NCBI GenBank assembly: GCA_950097015.1
Contig: CATNEN010000038.1
Span: 20,584,001-20,648,000, forward strand
From: Macrostomum hystrix
Taxonomy: Eukaryota; Animalia; Platyhelminthes
Length of the DNA: 64,000 nucleotides
Direction: 5' to 3'
The notes under the pieces are model-generated. The model was not told where the DNA came from, made no database searches, and saw only the letters and a list, made by a program, of their open reading frames with translations. Made by a program: the position numbers and the translations under genes. Shown in pieces: positions 59,801 to 64,000 of this stretch (position 1 is the first letter of the stretch; each line of letters starts with the position of its first letter).

Positions 59801-62800
59801 GCACATCTGGCCCAATCGGACAGGTGTAATAAATTATTATAATTATAAAATTTATTAATATTATTATTACTAATTATTATAGTCCGCAGTTAAGTTAGTT
59901 TTCGATTGCTGACGCTTGTACTTACACCTAGATAATGCGCGTCATCGAGCCCTGGTACTCGGTCACTGAGCTGGAGCCACCTGTGGGTCGGCAGGCTATC
60001 GAAAGCCAGATTCCATTCGCCAAGCCGGCCGAGGAGCGCAGCGGCAATCTCATTGTGGAAAAATTAAATAGCATCGGCGAGCGCATACTTCGCGTCCACG
60101 ATCTGGAGCTATACCTCCATCTGGAGAAGCTGGAGGTGGCGCCTCATCTCTATGGCATCAGGTGGATGCGATTGTTGTTCGGCCGGGAGTTTCCGCTCCA
60201 GGATCTTCTAGTGGTCTGGGACGCCGTATTCGCCGACGGCTACGATGCCGATTTCAGCCTAGTCGATTACATCTTTGTTGCCATGCTCATTAGTGTCAGA
60301 TCGTTGCTATTGGCCAGCGATTTTAGCAGCGCCATGACCTACCTGATGCGCTATCCACAGGGAGCCGATGTCAATTTCATAGTCTCGCTGGCTTATCATC
60401 TGCAAGCTCCGGATGTTTATCCGAAACCTGTGCTAACTGGTTATCAGGTTTGTTTTACCGCCTTGAGGCTGCAGCCTAGTGGTTGGAGCGTCGGACTCAC
60501 TACTTGAAGTTCCGGGGGTTCGATATATTCCCAACTCCAACTGAAAAAAATTGTGACCTTTAGCAAGATAGTCTGCGTTGACCGCATCAGCCCAAACTGC
60601 GGTGAATTTTCTACATTTGCCAAGCTTCGAACCACTGACCTCATATGTAAAGAATCCTAAGCATGTTCTCATCGCTTGATTGATTTGCACTCCCATCTCG
60701 CAATGTGCGCAGGGTCTGTACATGCAGAAGACTCGCCGGCATGGCGGTGGCCGCTCGGCCCACCGGTCCTCGGCCAATCGCTACCACACTGTTGGCATCG
60801 ACACCAGCTCGCTGCGCGCGGCTATTCAACGCATCGGCAGTCAGGAGAGTCTGCAGCTACCGCAGCAGCCCTCGGCTGAGCCAGTTGAACAGTCCGCCTC
60901 GGCTTCTGCGCTGCTGAGAATTGGGTGAGAAATTCTTTGCAATCTCATTTTCTCCTGCAAGAGATCTCTTTATCTTTTAGGTAAGATCATGAGATCTCAT
61001 AATCTGTTGATTAAAATCTCATAATCTCTTACAGGAGATCTCGTAATCTCTTACAGGAGATCTCATAATCGCTTGGATGAGATCTCGTTATCTCTTTGGT
61101 GAGATCTCATAATCTCTTACATGAGATCTCTTATTCTACTAGATTAGATCTCATTATATCTTAGATGAGATCTCATTATCTTTTAGATGAGATCTCATTA
61201 TCTCTTGGATGAGATCTCGTTATCTCTTGGATGAGATTTCGTTATCTCTTGGTTGAGATCTCATTATCTCTTGGATGAGATCTCATTTTATTCTTGGGTG
61301 AGATCTCATTATCTGTATTATTTATTGTTGTATTCTCAAGTCATAGTAATTGGATGTATTCTTCTTTGCAGAAGCTTCGTCACTGGAAAGTCTCACTCGG
61401 TTGCTGGGCAACAGTTCAAACAGCAGCAGCTTGACAGCCACCGACCCAGCTCGCTAATCTTTGCTTTCACTAGCGGTGGCGGTGGTTTCAGTAGAGACGA
61501 TTCAAATACTGATCAGCAGCAGGACCAGCAGCAGCACTCATCGTCAACGTCGGCTGCGTCTCTAGCTGGCGTGGGCGGCGGCGGCGCTCGCGGCTTGGCC
61601 GGACCGGAGCAGCCGTTGAAGGTGCTTGCGGAGCCCACAACGAGCGCGCCTGCAACTCCCCTAGATCCCAGTGGCTATTTTCCGCGCTCCCACATTCGCT
61701 ATAGAAGTCGCCGCGGTACAACTAACAATAATACTATTAACCATAGTAGCAGTCATAGTAGACTATCGATCCAATCGGCTTCCGGTGTAGCCGATGCTGA
61801 CGATCCGAATTTTCGCGACTTCGCCGAAATCACCCTGCCAGACGAGCGATTGGCCAGGCAGAAACAGACCGACTCTCTACTAGCCATGTGCCGCGCCTGC
61901 GGAGACTGTCTCCAGGCCAGCATTCTGGTGCTGCAGGCCAGCGCGCGCAGCTCCGGCACCGCCCCAGCCGAAAAGAGACGCATTGAACAAAGCCTCAGCG
62001 GACTCAAGCACGTGCACGATGTGCTCACTGGTGAGGGCTGTCTAATTATCTAATTATTCAGATCGCGAGTTTTTTCACATTAATGTACTTCTATCGCATT
62101 TTTGTACTACTTAGATTATTGTTGTATCATACTACTCAGTTTATTGTTGTATCATACTACTCAGAGTATTGTTGTATCATACTACTCAGTTTATTGTTGT
62201 ATCATACTACTCAGTTTATTGTTGTATCATACTACTCAGTTTATTGTTGTATCATACTACTCAGAGTATTGTTGTATCATACTACTCAGTTTATTGTTGT
62301 ATCATACTACTCAGATTATTGTTGTATCATACTACTCAGTTTATTGTTGTTTCATACTACTCAGTTTATTGTTGTATCATACTACTCAGTTTATTGTTGT
62401 ATCATACTACTCAGTTTATTGTTGTATCATACTACTCAGTTTATTGTTGTATCATACTACTCAGATTATTGTTGTATCATACTACTCAGTTTATTGTTGT
62501 ATCATACTACTCAGTTTATTGTTGTATCATACTACTCAGATTATTGTTGTATTATACTACTCAGATTATTGTTGTATCATACTACTCAGATTATTGTTGT
62601 ATCATACTACTCAGATTATTGTTGTATCATACTACTCAGATTATTGTTGTATCATACTACTCAGATTATTGTTGTATCATACTACTCAGATTATTGTTGT
62701 ATCATACTACTCAGATTATTGTTGTATGATACTACTCAGTTTAATTTTTACTTCTCAGCTCATTATCATATCAGACTGCGATGATTATTTTCTAGTCACA

Positions 62801-63146
62801 CACTAGTGAGTTTGATGGTATCTTAACATGCTACTAATTATTTCTCTTCATACTACTGCGGTCTTTGTTAAAGTTAAGCTGCTGTGTAATCATAACGCTA
62901 GTTTATTTCAAACATTTAAAACATTTTCCAGGAAAATTGGCATTTGACGCCTCCACAATGCAACAGCTGATTAGTGACACTTTGAATTCTGTTAGCGCAG
63001 TCAAACCGCCGATGCCACCGCCCCAGCAACAGCAGCAGCAACAGCAACATCCTCTAAATCAAGAGGCTATCACTCCGACAGACCAGGAGACTGAAATGAC
63101 CCCGGTGCCAATGCATCGACCCGTGTTCACATTTGCTGACGATTGA
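56841..63146 (+). CDS. TBC1D5: TBC1 domain family member 5 (Rab7 GAP), about 879 aa, 6 exons
   Basis: Exons 56841-57413, 57855-58319, 59932-60447, 60713-60924, 61372-62030, 62932-63146. Motifs: NPLS...W..FF, QDVRRTFPE (R finger), YRQGMHEVLAP (Q finger), YGIRWMRLLFGREF.LQDLLVVWDA. Confidence 0.93.
57492..57815 (+). mobile_element. tRNA-derived SINE family A, best-preserved copy
   Basis: A-box tggcagagcgg, B-box-like gagctcgattcc, an internal hairpin and an (ATT)n tail. Confidence 0.8.
58400..59410. repeat. 39-bp minisatellite decaying into a GT-rich degenerate array, TBC1D5 intron 2
   Basis: Unit ttgtggaatagtagagttttaaattgtggggttgtaggg. Confidence 0.95.
59555..59880 (+). mobile_element. tRNA-derived CORE-like SINE family B, near full length (5' fragment also at 60465-60570)
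   Basis: tRNA-like head, then gtgtcctttagcaagaaacttaactctgcattgcttcagttcacccagctgttaaatggg (MIR CORE-like), a palindromic tail motif and an ATT-rich end. Confidence 0.82.
60990..61312. repeat. About 22-bp degenerate minisatellite in TBC1D5 intron 4
   Basis: Unit gagatctcattatctcttggat. Confidence 0.9.
62105..62742. repeat. 25-bp minisatellite in TBC1D5 intron 5
   Basis: Unit ttattgttgtatcatactactcag(t/a). Confidence 0.95.
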
Positions 63147-63552
63147 CTAACAGAAACTAATTTTTTCAACATTTTATCAGAACCACTGTTTGCAGTTTAT
63201 TCCATGACTCATCACTGGCCTCGCACTTTTTGTTGAACTTTTTTGTACACAAGCCGTTGTTGTTTTCATTGAGTTAAATGTTATCTAATATGATTGTTTT
63301 CTCCTATGTTTGTCTATTTTTTCCTTATCTGGTCTGTTATTTTTCTAGTACTAGTAAAGATGATACCCACGTTCTAAATTATATCACTTTAAACGTGTTT
63401 CTATAAGCTATGTAGTAAATGTGAGCATTGACTACTTAATATTAGTATCTCTAAAAGTTTTCATTATCGTTTGGGCTGTTTTTACTAGTTTTTTAGCGTC
63501 TGCTGTTTATTGAAATCATTTTTATAAGTGAAATATTAATTTTATGCTTTGA

Positions 63553-64000
63553 AGCTAGAATCGCAGCAGGAACCGTAGATAGAATCATTGCTAGAATAGC
63601 TAGAATCGCAGCAGGAACCGTAGCTAGAATCGCAGCAGGAACCGTAGCTAGAATCGCAGCAGGAACCGTAGCTAGAATCGCAGCAGGAACCGTAGCTAGA
63701 ATCGCAGCAGGAACCGTAGCTAGAATCGCTGAAAGAACCGTAGATAGAATCATAGCATGAACCGTAGCTAGAATCGCAGCAGGAACCGTAGCTAGAATCG
63801 CAGCAGGAACCGTAGCTAGAATCGCAGCAGGAACCGTAGCTAGAATCGCTGAAAGAACCGTAGATAGAATCATAGCATGAACCGTAGCTAGAATCGCAGC
63901 AGGAACCGTAGCTAGAATCGCAGCAGGAACCGTAGCTAGAATCGCAGCAGGAACCGTAGCTAGAATCGCTGAAAGAACCGTAGATAGAATCATAGCATGA
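63553..64000. repeat. 24-bp minisatellite with a 120-bp higher-order period (runs off the right edge)
   Basis: Unit gctagaatcgcagcaggaaccgta; the block at 63721 recurs at 63841 and 63961. Confidence 0.95.

Noticed and set aside
63493-63512. Tiny terminal exon of an off-window minus-strand gene
   Set aside because: Only an AG and a stop codon are visible, which is not enough support within this window.
1-64000. Long repetitive ORFs in the track (e.g. 734-1248, 10903-11663, 19924-21054, 30194-32651, 55193-55943, 58404-58955, 62083-62806)
   Set aside because: They are translations of minisatellites, often open in several frames or strands, and mostly inside introns of real genes.

Overview
This is a eukaryotic (metazoan) genomic window with AT-rich non-coding DNA, GC-richer exons and about 25 different 16-46 bp minisatellite arrays. 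That style suggests a Macrostomum-like free-living flatworm (inference). Genes reconstructed by hand from GT-AG junctions: (1) a complete 7-exon ionotropic glutamate receptor-like gene with no amino-terminal domain (4710-10734, -), plus a near-identical tandem copy running off the left edge; (2) NAA60; (3) a CDP-diacylglycerol synthase (CDS); (4) a truncated IS630/Tc1-type transposase; (5) a compact secreted-peptide precursor; (6) a highly divergent SLC4 anion-exchanger-like gene; (7) cullin-3; (8) TBC1D5. Mobile DNA includes two tRNA-derived SINE families (one with a CORE/MIR-like domain), a hAT-type MITE with an 8-bp TSD, other inverted-repeat elements and a possible Merlin remnant. The strongest signals are these. 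Introns are either tiny or inflated by their own tandem array or SINE. Some arrays share sequence cores across distant loci, and one appears to be seeded by a SINE. The iGluR has a rewritten gate (CYIANMVPV). The peptide precursor could yield a two-chain disulfide peptide. The SLC4 has acidic residues where the anion-binding site should be. All gene models are manual and have no transcript support here.
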